A DNA stretch of 63,141 nt, counting the filler. It is 8 parts of 8 records of this genome, joined end to end, with 100 filler letters (N's around TTAATTAATTAA, not from the genome) between each part and the next. Parts side by side here need not be neighbours in the genome. Positions count along the whole stretch, not along the records: positions 50,017 to 57,932 come from DRR723986_8913; positions 58,033 to 63,141 come from DRR723986_9114; 6 more parts are not named here. The stretch is one strand, 5' to 3'. The notes beneath the pieces were generated by a model, which was given only the letters and a program-made list of their open reading frames with translations, was not told the DNA's origin and made no database searches. Below are positions 53,206 through 63,141 of the stretch, one piece after another; within the stretch, counting starts at the first letter, position 1; the number at the start of each line of letters is the position of its first letter. The translations under genes were made by a program, and so were the position numbers.

Positions 53206-54540
53206 CTAGCCTGCCAAGCTGCGCGCGATGGCGTTTTGGCGTTCTATCACGCGGGGCATATCCACTGTGGCGATCTGGCCATCGCGCACCACTTGGCGGC
53301 CTTCGACAAACAAATGCCGCACCCGCGTGGGGCCCGCCAGCACCAGCGCCGCCGGATCCCAGCTGCCAGCGCTATCGATGCCGGTGATATCCCACAGCGC
53401 AATATCGGCGCGTTTGCCCACCGCCAGGCGCCCGCAATCGGGGCGGCCCAGCACATCGGCCCCGCCGCGCGTGGCAATTTCCAGCGCTTCCCGCGCGCTC
53501 ATGGCATCGGCGCCAAGCGCCACGCGCTGCAGCAGCATGGCTTGGCGGGCCTCTAGCATCAGGTTGCCCATGTCATTGCTGGCCGAGCCATCCACCCCCA
53601 GCCCCACAGGCACGCCGCTGTCGCGCATCTGGCGCAGCGGTGCGATGCCCGAGCCAAGCCGACAGTTCGAGCAGGGGCAATGAGCCACCCCCGTGCGGCT
53701 GCGCGCAAAAAGGCCAATTTCGGCGCTGTCCAGTTTCACGCAATGGGCATGCCACACATCAGGGCCCGTCCAGCCCAGCTCTTCGGCATATTGGCCGGGG
53801 CGCATGCCGAAAGTGGCCAGGCTATAGCTGATATCTTCGTCGTTTTCCGCCAGGTGGGTGTGCAGCATCACGCCTTTGTCGCGGGCCAAAAGGGCGGCAT
53901 CGCGCATCAGCTCGCGGCTGACGGAAAAGGGCGAGCAGGGGGCAATGCCCACGCGCACCATCGCGCCTTCGGCTGGGTTGTGAAAGGCATCCACAACGCG
54001 GATGCAATCATCGAGGATATCAGCCTCGCGTTCCACCAAACTGTCGGGGGGCAGGCCGCCATCTGATTCGCCAATGCTCATCGCGCCGCGGGTGGGGTGA
54101 AAGCGCAGGCCAATTTCGTGGGCTGCGTGAATGGTATCTTCCAGCCTTGCGCCATTGGGGTACAGATACAGGTGATCTGACGTCAGCGTGCAGCCCGACA
54201 GCGCCAATTCCGCCAAGCCCACCTGCGCCGAGATGAAAAACGCCTCGGGGGTAAAGCGCGACCAGATCGGATAAAGGGTTTGCAGCCAGCCAAACAGCAA
54301 GGCGTCCTGCCCCCCGGGCACCGCACGCGTCAGCGTTTGATACAGGTGATGGTGGGTGTTTACCAAGCCCGGGGTCAGCACGCAGCCCTTGGCCGACAGG
54401 GTTTCACCGCGGCTGGTCAGGTTTTCACCGATGGCGGCAATCACCCCATCGCGCAGCAAAATATCCGCGCCCCGCAATTCGCGGCGTTGATCATCCATCG
54501 TCAGGATGTGGTCGGCGTTTTTTAGCAGAATTTCGGGCAT
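53206..54540 (-). CDS. 8-oxoguanine deaminase (amidohydrolase)
   Basis: NTHHHLYQTLTR, APCSPFSV, HTHLAE, CPCSNCRLGSG and GVDGSASND motifs; start MPEILL. Confidence 0.88.
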   Translation of the reverse strand: MPEILLKNADHILTMDDQRRELRGADILLRDGVIAAIGENLTSRGETLSAKGCVLTPGLVNTHHHLYQTLTRAVPGGQDALLFGWLQTLYPIWSRFTPEAFFISAQVGLAELALSGCTLTSDHLYLYPNGARLEDTIHAAHEIGLRFHPTRGAMSIGESDGGLPPDSLVEREADILDDCIRVVDAFHNPAEGAMVRVGIAPCSPFSVSRELMRDAALLARDKGVMLHTHLAENDEDISYSLATFGMRPGQYAEELGWTGPDVWHAHCVKLDSAEIGLFARSRTGVAHCPCSNCRLGSGIAPLRQMRDSGVPVGLGVDGSASNDMGNLMLEARQAMLLQRVALGADAMSAREALEIATRGGADVLGRPDCGRLAVGKRADIALWDITGIDSAGSWDPAALVLAGPTRVRHLFVEGRQVVRDGQIATVDMPRVIERQNAIARSLAG

Positions 54541-54646
54541 GGGCACCTCGTTGCCAAGATGCCCCCTCGGTCTAAGGTGGGCGCGCATCGGAAAGGGGCA
54601 AGAAATGCGCGCGTGGCCATAGCCTAGTGGATAAGCCGCCCCCAGA

Positions 54647-55465
54647 TCAAGCGGCAGGGCCGGTATTGGCCATGCTGGCCTGTAAAATGGCCAAGGCCGC
54701 GGCATGCTGCTGGGCATTGGCCGCGGCCAGCACCTGCCCACCCTCATGCGCGGGCCCGCCCTGCCAATTGCTTACAATGCCGCCTGCGGCCTGAATAACC
54801 GCAAGAGGCGCTTGAATGTCATAGTTTGACAGCCCCGCTTCGATCACCAGGTCGATATGGCCCGCGGCCAGCAAGGCATAGGCGTAGCAATCCATCCCGT
54901 AGCGCACCAGCCGCACCTGCCCCGCGACCGCGTGAAAGGCGGCCGCCTCGGCCGGGCTGCCGACCTCGGGGAAGGTGGTGAAAAGCAGCGCCTGATCCAG
55001 CCCGCGCGCCCCCCGCGTGGCCAGCGGGCGGGCGCCATGGGGGCCTTGCATCTGGGCCTGGCCAAACCCGCCCCAAAAGCGTTCGCCGATATAGGGCTGA
55101 TCGATCATGCCAAAGGCCGGCACGCCATCGATGGCTGCGGCCAGCAACACACCCCATGTGGGCGTGCCTGCCAAAAAGCCGCGGGTGCCATCGATTGGGT
55201 CTAGCACCCAAGTGATGTTGGATTGGCCTGCGCTGGCGCCGTATTCTTCGCCGATGATGCCATCGTTGGGCCGGCGCTGGGCCAATACCGCGCGCATGGC
55301 GCGTTCGGCTGCGCGGTCGCCCTCTGTTACCGGGTCAAAGCCGCCTTGCTGTTTGTTATCTGCGCTCAGATCTGGGCTGCGGAAATAAGGCAAGACCGCG
55401 CTGCGCGCGGCATCGGCCATGGCATGGGCGGTTGCGATGATGTCTTGGGTGTCTGGGTGCTGCAT
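54647..55465 (-). CDS. hisN: Histidinol-phosphatase (inositol monophosphatase family)
   Basis: FDPVTEGD, GEE, WVLDPIDGT, DCYAY and YDI motifs. Confidence 0.88.
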   Translation of the reverse strand: MQHPDTQDIIATAHAMADAARSAVLPYFRSPDLSADNKQQGGFDPVTEGDRAAERAMRAVLAQRRPNDGIIGEEYGASAGQSNITWVLDPIDGTRGFLAGTPTWGVLLAAAIDGVPAFGMIDQPYIGERFWGGFGQAQMQGPHGARPLATRGARGLDQALLFTTFPEVGSPAEAAAFHAVAGQVRLVRYGMDCYAYALLAAGHIDLVIEAGLSNYDIQAPLAVIQAAGGIVSNWQGGPAHEGGQVLAAANAQQHAAALAILQASMANTGPAA

Positions 55466-55515
55466 TGGGGGCGCTCCGGCTGATGGGCCAGCCCTAGCGC
55501 AGCGCCCCCGCTAGC

Positions 55516-55881
55516 TCAAGCCACGTCTGAAAGAACGCGTGCCAGTTCAAACAGGCGACGGCGCTGGTTTTCTGGAATCGCGTAATACGAGCGCACCAGA
55601 TCCATGGCTTCTTTGTCGCCAATCAGGTCTTTTGGCAGGGCGCTTTCCCCTTCAGGGGTGGCGCTGTTGAGACCTTCGAAGAAAAAACTTACCTGCACTT
55701 CCAAAACCTCGGCAATATCCCATAGCCGAGATGCGCTGACGCGGTTGGCGCCAGTTTCATATTTCTGGATTTGCTGAAACTTGATACCCACTCGTTCGGC
55801 CAGCTGTTGCTGGGTCATGCCGATTAACCAACGGCGCTGACGAATACGCTTACCAACATGTACATCCACTGGATGTGGCAT
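55516..55881 (-). CDS. XRE-family HTH regulator (PhrR/PraR-like)
   Basis: HPVDVHVGKRIR...FQQIQKYETGANRVSASRL. Confidence 0.9.
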   Translation of the reverse strand: MPHPVDVHVGKRIRQRRWLIGMTQQQLAERVGIKFQQIQKYETGANRVSASRLWDIAEVLEVQVSFFFEGLNSATPEGESALPKDLIGDKEAMDLVRSYYAIPENQRRRLFELARVLSDVA

Positions 55882-56140
55882 ATCTCTCTCCTGTTTTCAC
55901 CAGTCTTTGCGTGAAACAGTCAGGTTTTCCCGACTATGCGGCGCGGGGCCGATTTCCCATCCCCTGGGAAGTTCGGGCAATCTGAACTGGTTGGGCCGGG
56001 TTGCATACCCCAATTCAGCGACCCTATACGTTTGAGACACAATCTAGACGCGATTAGACCCGTTCTTGACCATTTGACCCCGCGTTGACAGGCCGGGTTG
56101 CGCTGGCCATTGTGCAACCGCAGCAAATCAGGAGGCTAAG

Positions 56141-57097
56141 ATGCGCGTGTTTCAGGTGTCGCAGGTGGGGCAGGCCGCCGATCTGGTATCAGCGGATATG
56201 CCAGAACCAGGCCCAGGGCAATTGCGCCTGAAAATTCAGGCCTGCGGGTTGAACTTTGCCGATCTTTTGATGGAGCAGGGCAAATACCAAGACACCCCGC
56301 AACCGCCCTTTGTGCTGGGCATGGAGGTGGCCGGCGTGGTCGATGCCTTGGGCCCCGATGTGGCAGGCCCGGCCATCGGCACCCGTGTCGCGGTGTTTGG
56401 GGGCCAGGGCGGGCTGGCCGATTATGGCTGTTTTCCCGCCGCACGCGCGGTGCCCTTGCCCGACGCCATGAGCGCGATCGACGCGGCCGCGTTTCAAATC
56501 GCCTATGGCACCAGCCACGTGGCCCTGGCCCATCGCGCCGCGTTGCAACCGGGGGAAACCCTGTTGGTGCTGGGGGCTGCGGGCGGTGTGGGGCTGACAG
56601 CCGTCGAGGTGGGCAAGCTGATGGGCGCGCGGGTGATCGCCGTGGCGCGCGGTGCCGACAAGCTGCAGGTTGCCGCCCGGGCTGGTGCCGATCATCTGAT
56701 TGATGCCAGCGACGACATCCGCGCCAAGGTAAAGGCGCTTGGCGGGGCAGATGTGGTGTACGACCCCGTGGGCGGCGATCAATGGCAGGCCGCGTTTCGC
56801 GCCTGCAACCCCGAGGCCAGATTGCTGCCCATCGGCTTTGCCGCGGGTGAGGTGCCGCAAATACCGGCCAACCATCTTTTGGTTAAAAACCTAAGCGTTT
56901 TGGGTGTCTATTGGGGGGGCTATCTAAAGTTTCGCCCCGACGTGGTGACAAACAGCCTGAAAGAGCTGTTTCACTGGTATGAACAGGGGCGTTTGAAACC
57001 CCATGTCAGCCATGTTTTGCCGCTGGATCAGGCGCGCGAGGCGCTGGAATTGCTACGCGCGCGCAAATCTACGGGCAAGGTGGTGGTTACGCCTTAG
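56141..57097 (+). CDS. NADPH:quinone oxidoreductase (MDR family)
   Basis: GLNFAD, GMEVAG, GAAGGVG, YDPVGG and GKVV motifs. Confidence 0.92.
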   Translation: MRVFQVSQVGQAADLVSADMPEPGPGQLRLKIQACGLNFADLLMEQGKYQDTPQPPFVLGMEVAGVVDALGPDVAGPAIGTRVAVFGGQGGLADYGCFPAARAVPLPDAMSAIDAAAFQIAYGTSHVALAHRAALQPGETLLVLGAAGGVGLTAVEVGKLMGARVIAVARGADKLQVAARAGADHLIDASDDIRAKVKALGGADVVYDPVGGDQWQAAFRACNPEARLLPIGFAAGEVPQIPANHLLVKNLSVLGVYWGGYLKFRPDVVTNSLKELFHWYEQGRLKPHVSHVLPLDQAREALELLRARKSTGKVVVTP

Positions 57098-57263
57098 CGC
57101 CAAAAGTGCCATGCCGGGCGCGGGCAGGGTGGACTTGCGGCAAAATACACCAGCCAAGATATACCTTTTTCGCGTGCAGCCCCCTTGAAACGTGTGCGCC
57201 GCTTTCCGATATTTGCGACAAGGCCCATGCGTCGGGCCACAGCGTTTCGCATCGGAGGTAAAG

Positions 57264-57932
57264 ATGGCAGAATATCAAACGATCCGGACAGCGGCTGGCA
57301 GCCGCGCCGCCCAGATTGACGAGGGCCTGCGCGCCCATATGAACAAGGTCTATGGCACCATGTCTGTTGGCATGTTGCTGACATTTGCAGTGGCATGGGC
57401 CGTCGGCACCAGCCCCGCATTGCTGAGCGTGTTCCGCGACCCCATCACCCTAAGCCCGAATATTCTGGGCTGGATCGTGATGTTTGCGCCCTTGGCCATG
57501 GTGTTTGGCTTTGGTGCCGCCATCAACCGCCTGTCGGCGGCGGGCGCCCAGCTGTTTTTCTACGCCTTTGCCTCGGTCATGGGGCTTAGCCTGGCGTGGA
57601 TTTTCAAGGCCTTCACCGGCATGTCGATTGCGCAGGTGTTTCTTGTCACCTCGATCTCGTTTGCTGGCCTCAGCCTGTGGGGCTACACCACCAAGAAAGA
57701 CATTTCTGGCTGGGGGTCGTTCCTGATCATGGGCGTGATCGGCCTGGTTGTGGCATCGATCATCAACATTTTCCTGGGCTCGCCCGCGATTCACTTTGCC
57801 GTGTCGATTTTGGGCCTGCTGATCTTTGCTGGCCTGACCGCCTATGACACGCAGAACATCAAAAACACCTACCTGCAGCATGCCCATTCGGGCGATGGCG
57901 AATGGCTGGGCAAGGCCGCCATCATGGGCGCG
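57264..57932 (+). CDS. Bax inhibitor-1/YccA family membrane protein (3'-truncated)
   Basis: IDEGLRAHMNKVY, GYTTKKD and LTAYDTQ motifs; GGAGG RBS. Confidence 0.92.
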
Positions 57933-58032
57933 NNNNNNNNNNNNNNNNNNNNNNNNNNNNNNNNNNNNNNNNNNNNTTAATTAATTAANNNNNNNNNNNN
58001 NNNNNNNNNNNNNNNNNNNNNNNNNNNNNNNN
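57933..58032. other. Artificial contig spacer
   Basis: N44-TTAATTAATTAA-N44. Confidence 0.98.
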
Positions 58033-58092
58033 GGGGGGGGCCCCGGGGGGGGGGGGGGGGCAGCCCCCCCAAACCCCGGTCGCCAAGGGCGG

Positions 58093-59436
58093 TCAGGCCA
58101 CCGCCTGCACCTCTGCGACGATACCGTCCACGACCTGCACCAGCAGGCCCTCGTCCTCGCATTCCGCCATGACGCGGATCAGCGGCTCGGTTCCGGACTT
58201 CCGTATCAGCAAGCGGCCCTTGCCGGTCAGGCTGGCCTCAGCCTCGGCGATCGCGGCCTGAACGCGGGCCTCTTCCAGCGGCAGCACACCCGCGCCATAG
58301 CGCACGTTCTTCAGAAGCTGCGGCACCGGGGCAAAGCTGTGGGTCAGTTCCGAAGCGGTCCGGTTGGTGCGCACCATCTCGCAGAGAAACTGCAGACCCG
58401 CCATCAGCCCGTCGCCGGTGGTGGCGTAATCCGTCATCACGATATGGCCGGACTGCTCGCCGCCAAGGTTCCATCCGCCCTTGCGCATCGCCTCGACCAC
58501 ATAGCGGTCGCCGACCTGCGTGCGCTCCAGCCGCAGGCCCTTGCCCTGCAGGAATCGCTCGAGCCCGAGGTTCGACATCACGGTGGCCACCAGCGTCCCG
58601 TCGCGAAGCCGCTCTTCCTCCGCCCAGCGGGCGGCCATCAGCGCCATGATCTGGTCGCCGTCGGCGATCTCTCCGTTTTCGTCGATGAGGATGATCCGAT
58701 CGGCATCGCCGTCCAGACAAAGCCCGACGTCGGCGCCATGGGCCACCACCGCCTCGGCGGCACGCTGCGGGCTGGTAGAGCCGCAGTCGGCGTTGATGTT
58801 CAGCCCGTTCGGAGAGACGCCCACGGGGATCACATCGGCGCCCAGTTCCCAAAGGACCTCGGGGGCGGTCTTGTAGGCGGCGCCATTGGCGCAATCCACC
58901 ACGACTTTCACGCCGTCCAGCCGCAGCCCGTGGGGCAGGGTGGATTTCACCCGCTCCTGATAGCGGAAGCGGCCGTCGTCGATGCGCTTGGCGCGGCCGA
59001 TGTTCTCGGGGACGGCGGGGCGGACACCGGTATCGACCAAAGCCTCGATCTCGGCCTCGACCGCATCCGAAAGCTTGAAGCCATCGGGACCGAAGAACTT
59101 GATGCCATTGTCCGCGGCGGGGTTGTGCGAGGCAGAGATCATGATCCCCAGATCGGCCCGCATCGAGGGCGTCAGCAAGCCCACGGCCGGCGTCGGCACC
59201 GGCCCCAGCAACAGCACGTTCATGCCCGTGGAGGTCAGCCCGGCGGTCAGCGCATTCTCGAACATGTAGCCCGACAGGCGCGTGTCCTTGCCGATCACCA
59301 CGCGGTGCACGCCGCCGTGTTCGTTGCGGAAATGCCGGCCCACGGCGGCGCCCAGCATCATCGCCATCTCGACGGTCATCGGGAAGGTGTTGGCGGTGCC
59401 GCGCACGCCATCGGTGCCGAAGAGTTTCCTGCTCAT
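58093..59436 (-). CDS. glmM: Phosphoglucosamine mutase
   Basis: [26 protein letters not shown] and RKSGTEP motifs. Confidence 0.97.
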   Translation of the reverse strand: MSRKLFGTDGVRGTANTFPMTVEMAMMLGAAVGRHFRNEHGGVHRVVIGKDTRLSGYMFENALTAGLTSTGMNVLLLGPVPTPAVGLLTPSMRADLGIMISASHNPAADNGIKFFGPDGFKLSDAVEAEIEALVDTGVRPAVPENIGRAKRIDDGRFRYQERVKSTLPHGLRLDGVKVVVDCANGAAYKTAPEVLWELGADVIPVGVSPNGLNINADCGSTSPQRAAEAVVAHGADVGLCLDGDADRIILIDENGEIADGDQIMALMAARWAEEERLRDGTLVATVMSNLGLERFLQGKGLRLERTQVGDRYVVEAMRKGGWNLGGEQSGHIVMTDYATTGDGLMAGLQFLCEMVRTNRTASELTHSFAPVPQLLKNVRYGAGVLPLEEARVQAAIAEAEASLTGKGRLLIRKSGTEPLIRVMAECEDEGLLVQVVDGIVAEVQAVA

Positions 59437-59437
59437 C

Positions 59438-60448
59438 TCATGCCTCTCCTAGTTCTATCGCGCGCCAGACCTTCAGCGCCTGCACGGTTTCGGCCACATC
59501 GTGGACCCGGACGATCTGCACCCCCTGAGCGGCGGCGGCCAGCGCTGCCGCAACCGATCCGGCCATGCGTTCGGAAGCGGGGTTGGCGCCGGAAAGCCTG
59601 CCGATGAAGCCCTTGCGCGAGGCGCCCACCAGCACCGCGCAGCCCAGCCCGTGAAAGAGCGAGACGGCGTGCAGCAGTGTCAGGTTGTGCGCCATGGTCT
59701 TGCCGAAGCCGATGCCCGGATCGACCACGATCCGGTCGCGCGGGATGCCGGTCTCTTCCAGCGCTGAAACCTGCCCGGCGAGGAAGTCGTAGACGTCCAG
59801 CAGCACGTCGTCGTACCGCGGGTCGTCCTGCATGGTTTCCGGGTCACCCAGCGCGTGCATGACGCAGACCGGCAGCGCGCGCGACTGGCAGAAGCGGCCC
59901 AGCATCGGGTCGTAGGTAAAGCCCGAGACATCGTTGACCAGCATCGCACCCGCATCGACCGCGGCTTCGGCGACGCTGGATTTGCGGGTGTCGATCGAAA
60001 TCGGGACCGGCGTGTCGTGGATGATGGCGCGGATCACCGGCTCCACCCGGGCGATCTCGGCCTCGGGCGGGACGGTGACGGCGCCGGGACGGGTGCTTTC
60101 GCCGCCGACGTCGATCATGTCGGCCCCGGCGTCGACCATGGCCCGCGCGCGACACAGGGCGGCGTTCGCGGTCTGATGATTGCCACCGTCGGAGAAACTG
60201 TCGGGGGTGACGTTCAGGATGCCCATCACGTTGGGGCGGCTCATGTCCAGCCCGGCCACGGGCGGGCGGGCGGCGGTCAGACGGGCGCGCCAGTCCTCTG
60301 GCAACGCGCTGGCGGGCAGGGTGCGGGGAAGGCTGCCGCGCTGGCGGTGCTGGACCTGTGCAAACCAGCCGGGGCCGCCTGCCAGCGGCAGGGCGTCCTC
60401 GGGACGGTCGGCACCGAAGCGGACGATGGGCCTGAAGTAATCGGTCAT
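59438..60448 (-). CDS. folP: Dihydropteroate synthase
   Basis: [33 protein letters not shown] and RVHDV motifs; start MTDYFRP. Confidence 0.95.
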   Translation of the reverse strand: MTDYFRPIVRFGADRPEDALPLAGGPGWFAQVQHRQRGSLPRTLPASALPEDWRARLTAARPPVAGLDMSRPNVMGILNVTPDSFSDGGNHQTANAALCRARAMVDAGADMIDVGGESTRPGAVTVPPEAEIARVEPVIRAIIHDTPVPISIDTRKSSVAEAAVDAGAMLVNDVSGFTYDPMLGRFCQSRALPVCVMHALGDPETMQDDPRYDDVLLDVYDFLAGQVSALEETGIPRDRIVVDPGIGFGKTMAHNLTLLHAVSLFHGLGCAVLVGASRKGFIGRLSGANPASERMAGSVAAALAAAAQGVQIVRVHDVAETVQALKVWRAIELGEA

Positions 60449-60692
60449 GGGCGAAGTGACTGACCGATCGGGCAGGGCTTGGCAAGGGAATGGGTCGGAT
60501 GCGCCGCAAGAGGCTGGCAGACAGTCGCCGAAAGGACTCACGGCGTGTTACAGGTCGACTCTCAGCGCAGGGCGTTGCGCCACCCGCAGGCGCAGCGGGA
60601 CCGGGCCGGGCAGGGGGACAGTCCCCCGGGTTTGACAGTTCGAACCAGTGTCAGGAGCGGCGCGGGTCAGGCTGCCTTGCGGGCCGAACCCG

Positions 60693-61631
60693 TCAGAGCG
60701 TTGCCTCGTTCAGCCCCACCGAGCGGGCAGAGACCTCGACCCCCTCTGGCGCCTCTGCACCCAGCACGACGAGTTCGCGGGCCTCCATCTCGGAGGCGAA
60801 CCACGCGGCGAGGGCGACAGGTTCCGAGGGTCCGACCTTTGGACCCTGCGTCGCGTCCAGCACGATCTTCGACGGCGCCCAAACGCAGATCTGGCCGTTC
60901 TTCATCGCCCAGTCGAGCTCTGTCCGCGTGGCCACCACCTTGCAGCGCATATCCCGCGCGGCCAGCGCCCATGCGTTCTGCTCGATCGCCAGAAGATCTA
61001 TGCGCCGCTGGGTCATCTTGTGCCCGGTGGCTGGCGCAGGCAGGTCGGGGCGGCCCACGCACAGGACCAGCGGTTCGGGGCGCGCAGCCAGCGCGTCGAG
61101 CCAGCCCGAGAGGCGCGGGTCCGCCATGGCGGCATTCGACAGGTAGACCACGCGCGGATGCGGTCGCTCCTGCGCGACCTCCTGCGCCAGCGCGTCGCGA
61201 TGCGCCGCCACATCCTGCCGGGCGCGCACGATCTCGACCCCCAGAGCGCCGGGGCCTCTGTCCAGCTTCTCGATGCGCACGAAGCTGCGCAGCGCCTGCG
61301 GCTCAAGCAGGATGCGCTCCGCGATCCGTTCGGCGAGCGTCTCGAGCAGGTTCACCCGCTCGGCGGCAAGCTCGTGCGCGATGGCCTCCGTCACCCGGTC
61401 GTAGGACAGGATACGGTCCACGTCGTCGTCCAGAGGCCCGGTGAAGGGCACCACTTCGACCACCACGTTGAATCGCACGCGCTGGCGGGTGCCGCGCTCT
61501 GCCTGAAAGGCGCCGATCTCGACCTCGACGATATGGTCGCGCAGGCTGATGCGATCGCGCAGGGTGTCTTCGGCCGTGGCGATGGCGCGCTCGGCGGGAT
61601 GCGCGAAGGCAAGGCGGGTTTCGTTGACCAT
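60693..61631 (-). CDS. folB: Dihydroneopterin aldolase with C-terminal extra domain
   Basis: IGAFQAERGTRQRVRFN, SYD and NLLETLAE FolB motifs; upstream of folP. Confidence 0.85.
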   Translation of the reverse strand: MVNETRLAFAHPAERAIATAEDTLRDRISLRDHIVEVEIGAFQAERGTRQRVRFNVVVEVVPFTGPLDDDVDRILSYDRVTEAIAHELAAERVNLLETLAERIAERILLEPQALRSFVRIEKLDRGPGALGVEIVRARQDVAAHRDALAQEVAQERPHPRVVYLSNAAMADPRLSGWLDALAARPEPLVLCVGRPDLPAPATGHKMTQRRIDLLAIEQNAWALAARDMRCKVVATRTELDWAMKNGQICVWAPSKIVLDATQGPKVGPSEPVALAAWFASEMEARELVVLGAEAPEGVEVSARSVGLNEATL

Positions 61632-61833
61632 GACGTCTCTCCGGGTTCCGGCTTTGCGCCCTTATGCACGCGGCAAAACCGGAAGGCGAGGGCACGAGCG
61701 ACACCCGGCGGCCCGTGGACGACCGCGCGGGGGCAGGGATTCCCGCCGGCGGTGCCAAGCTTGATTGATCTTCGCATCCCGAGGCGATAAGCCGTTTTTC
61801 CAGGCACGACCCCAGAACGAGGCTTCGACCCCC

Positions 61834-62397
61834 ATGTCCGACGACTTCATGCTCGACACCGACGACCTGACCCGCCGCATGGATGGCGCCATGGCCAATC
61901 TGCGCACGGAATTCGCCTCGCTGCGGACCGGACGCGCCTCGGGCTCCATGCTGGAACCGATCCAGGTCGACGCCTATGGCTCCATGACGCCGATCAACCA
62001 GGTCGGCACCGTGAACGTCCCCGAGCCGCGCATGGTCACCATCAACGTCTGGGACAAGGGTCTTGTGGGCAAGGTGGAAAAGGCGATCCGCGAGTCGGGT
62101 CTCGGCATCAACCCGCAGCTCAACGGCACCATCATCATGCTGCCGATCCCCGAGCTGAACGAGGAGCGCCGCAAGGAGCTGACCAAGGTCGCCGCGCAAT
62201 ACGCCGAGCACGCCCGCGTCTCGATCCGAAACGTGCGCCGCGACGGCATGGACCAGATCAAGAAGGCCAAGGCCGACGGCCTGTCCGAGGACGACCAGAA
62301 GCTTTGGGAATCCGAGGTGCAGGACCTGACCAACACCTACATCAAGAAGGTGGACGAGGCGCTGGCCGGCAAGCAGGAAGAGATCATGCAGGTCTGA
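61834..62397 (+). CDS. frr: Ribosome recycling factor
   Basis: [23 protein letters not shown] and IRNVRRD motifs. Confidence 0.96.
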   Translation: MSDDFMLDTDDLTRRMDGAMANLRTEFASLRTGRASGSMLEPIQVDAYGSMTPINQVGTVNVPEPRMVTINVWDKGLVGKVEKAIRESGLGINPQLNGTIIMLPIPELNEERRKELTKVAAQYAEHARVSIRNVRRDGMDQIKKAKADGLSEDDQKLWESEVQDLTNTYIKKVDEALAGKQEEIMQV

Positions 62398-62514
62398 GAC
62401 GGCCCGGGGGCGGCCCGCCGTCCCCGCGTTGACCACGTCGCCCGCAATCCGCTTTGGGTTGTCGGCCCGATAGGCTAAGAGGGGGCCAGACCAGTGACCT
62501 CAGGGAACAGTATC

Positions 62515-63141
62515 ATGTCCAGACCCCTCCGTGAGACCGACGGCCCGTGCCATGTGGCCATCATCATGGACGGCAACGGTCGCTGGGCCACGCAGAAGGG
62601 GCGGCCACGCCTTTTCGGCCACCACGCCGGTGCGCGGCGCGTCCGCGAGGTCGTCGAGGCCTGTCCCGATGCGGGGGTCAAGTATCTGACGATCTTCGCC
62701 TTCTCGACCGAGAATTGGAAGCGCACGCAGGTCGAGGTCGCGGGCCTCATGAGCCTCTTCCGGCGCTACATCATGAAAGAGATGCAGGCCTTCGTGAAGG
62801 AAAACGTCCGCGTCCGCTTCATCGGCGACCGGCCCCGGCTGGACGCCAAGCTGCGCGGGCTGATGGACGAGGCAGAGCGCATGACCTCGCATTGCACCGG
62901 CACCAACCTGACCATCGCGCTCAACTACGGCGGTCGGGACGAGGTGGCGCGCGCCACGCAGCGGCTGGCGCGGGACGTGGCCGACGGCAAGCTGCACCCG
63001 GACGAGGTCAACGAAGAGACGCTGCCGCGCTATCTCGACACCCATGTGCTGCCGGACCCCGATCTCGTCATCCGCACCAGCGGAGAGGCGCGGATCTCGA
63101 ACTTCCTGCTCTGGCAATCGGCCTATGCCGAATATGAATTC
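62515..63141 (+). CDS. uppS: Undecaprenyl diphosphate synthase (3'-truncated)
   Basis: Manual translation gives HVAIIMDGNGRWA, FAFSTENWKR, NYGGR and IRTSGEARISNFLLWQSAYAE. Confidence 0.95.
   Translation, partial: MSRPLRETDGPCHVAIIMDGNGRWATQKGRPRLFGHHAGARRVREVVEACPDAGVKYLTIFAFSTENWKRTQVEVAGLMSLFRRYIMKEMQAFVKENVRVRFIGDRPRLDAKLRGLMDEAERMTSHCTGTNLTIALNYGGRDEVARATQRLARDVADGKLHPDEVNEETLPRYLDTHVLPDPDLVIRTSGEARISNFLLWQSAYAEYEF

Noticed and set aside
58033-58080. G/C homopolymer runs (G-quadruplex or contingency locus)
   Set aside because: It is low-complexity sequence at a contig end, most likely poor-quality sequence of a GC-rich intergenic hairpin.
60449-60692. Possible riboswitch between folB and folP
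   Set aside because: GC-rich hairpins are present, but I cannot match a THF, ZTP or other aptamer consensus by eye. An Infernal search would be needed.

Overview
This window is not one locus. It is eight unrelated contigs joined by 100-nt artificial spacers (N44-TTAATTAATTAA-N44). Contigs 1 (1-10165), 4 (27512-36626), 6 (43734-49916) and 7 (50017-57932) look like one GC-rich Rhodobacteraceae/Roseobacter-type genome. They carry the Tad pilus tail, Lhr-PdeM, folD, uvrA, valine catabolism, soxTRS-VWXY, trpS, murJ and hisN. Contigs 2 (10266-18608) and 8 (58033-63141) look like a second, higher-GC Rhodobacteraceae, with ctrA-ligA-recG, hisI, gluQ, trmFO, glmM-folP-folB and frr-uppS. Contigs 3 (18709-27411, AT-rich) and 5 (36727-43633) are Bacteroidota, judged from their T9SS cargo proteins. 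The most striking feature is in contig 3: an integron-like cassette array bounded by attC-like hairpins with matching GTT/AAC cores. One cassette holds a lipoprotein. The other holds an inverted two-gene module (AAA/STAND-like ATPase plus ATPase-wHTH-TPR) with its own promoter carrying three palindromic operators at an exact 27-bp period; it is a candidate defence system. Features that the ORF track misses or does not resolve include a LexA-box-controlled 40-aa membrane peptide after recG, a RanBP2-type zinc-finger microprotein, a second tandem folD, and a methyltransferase broken by a single TAA. All calls come from reading the sequence by eye; no database searches were run.
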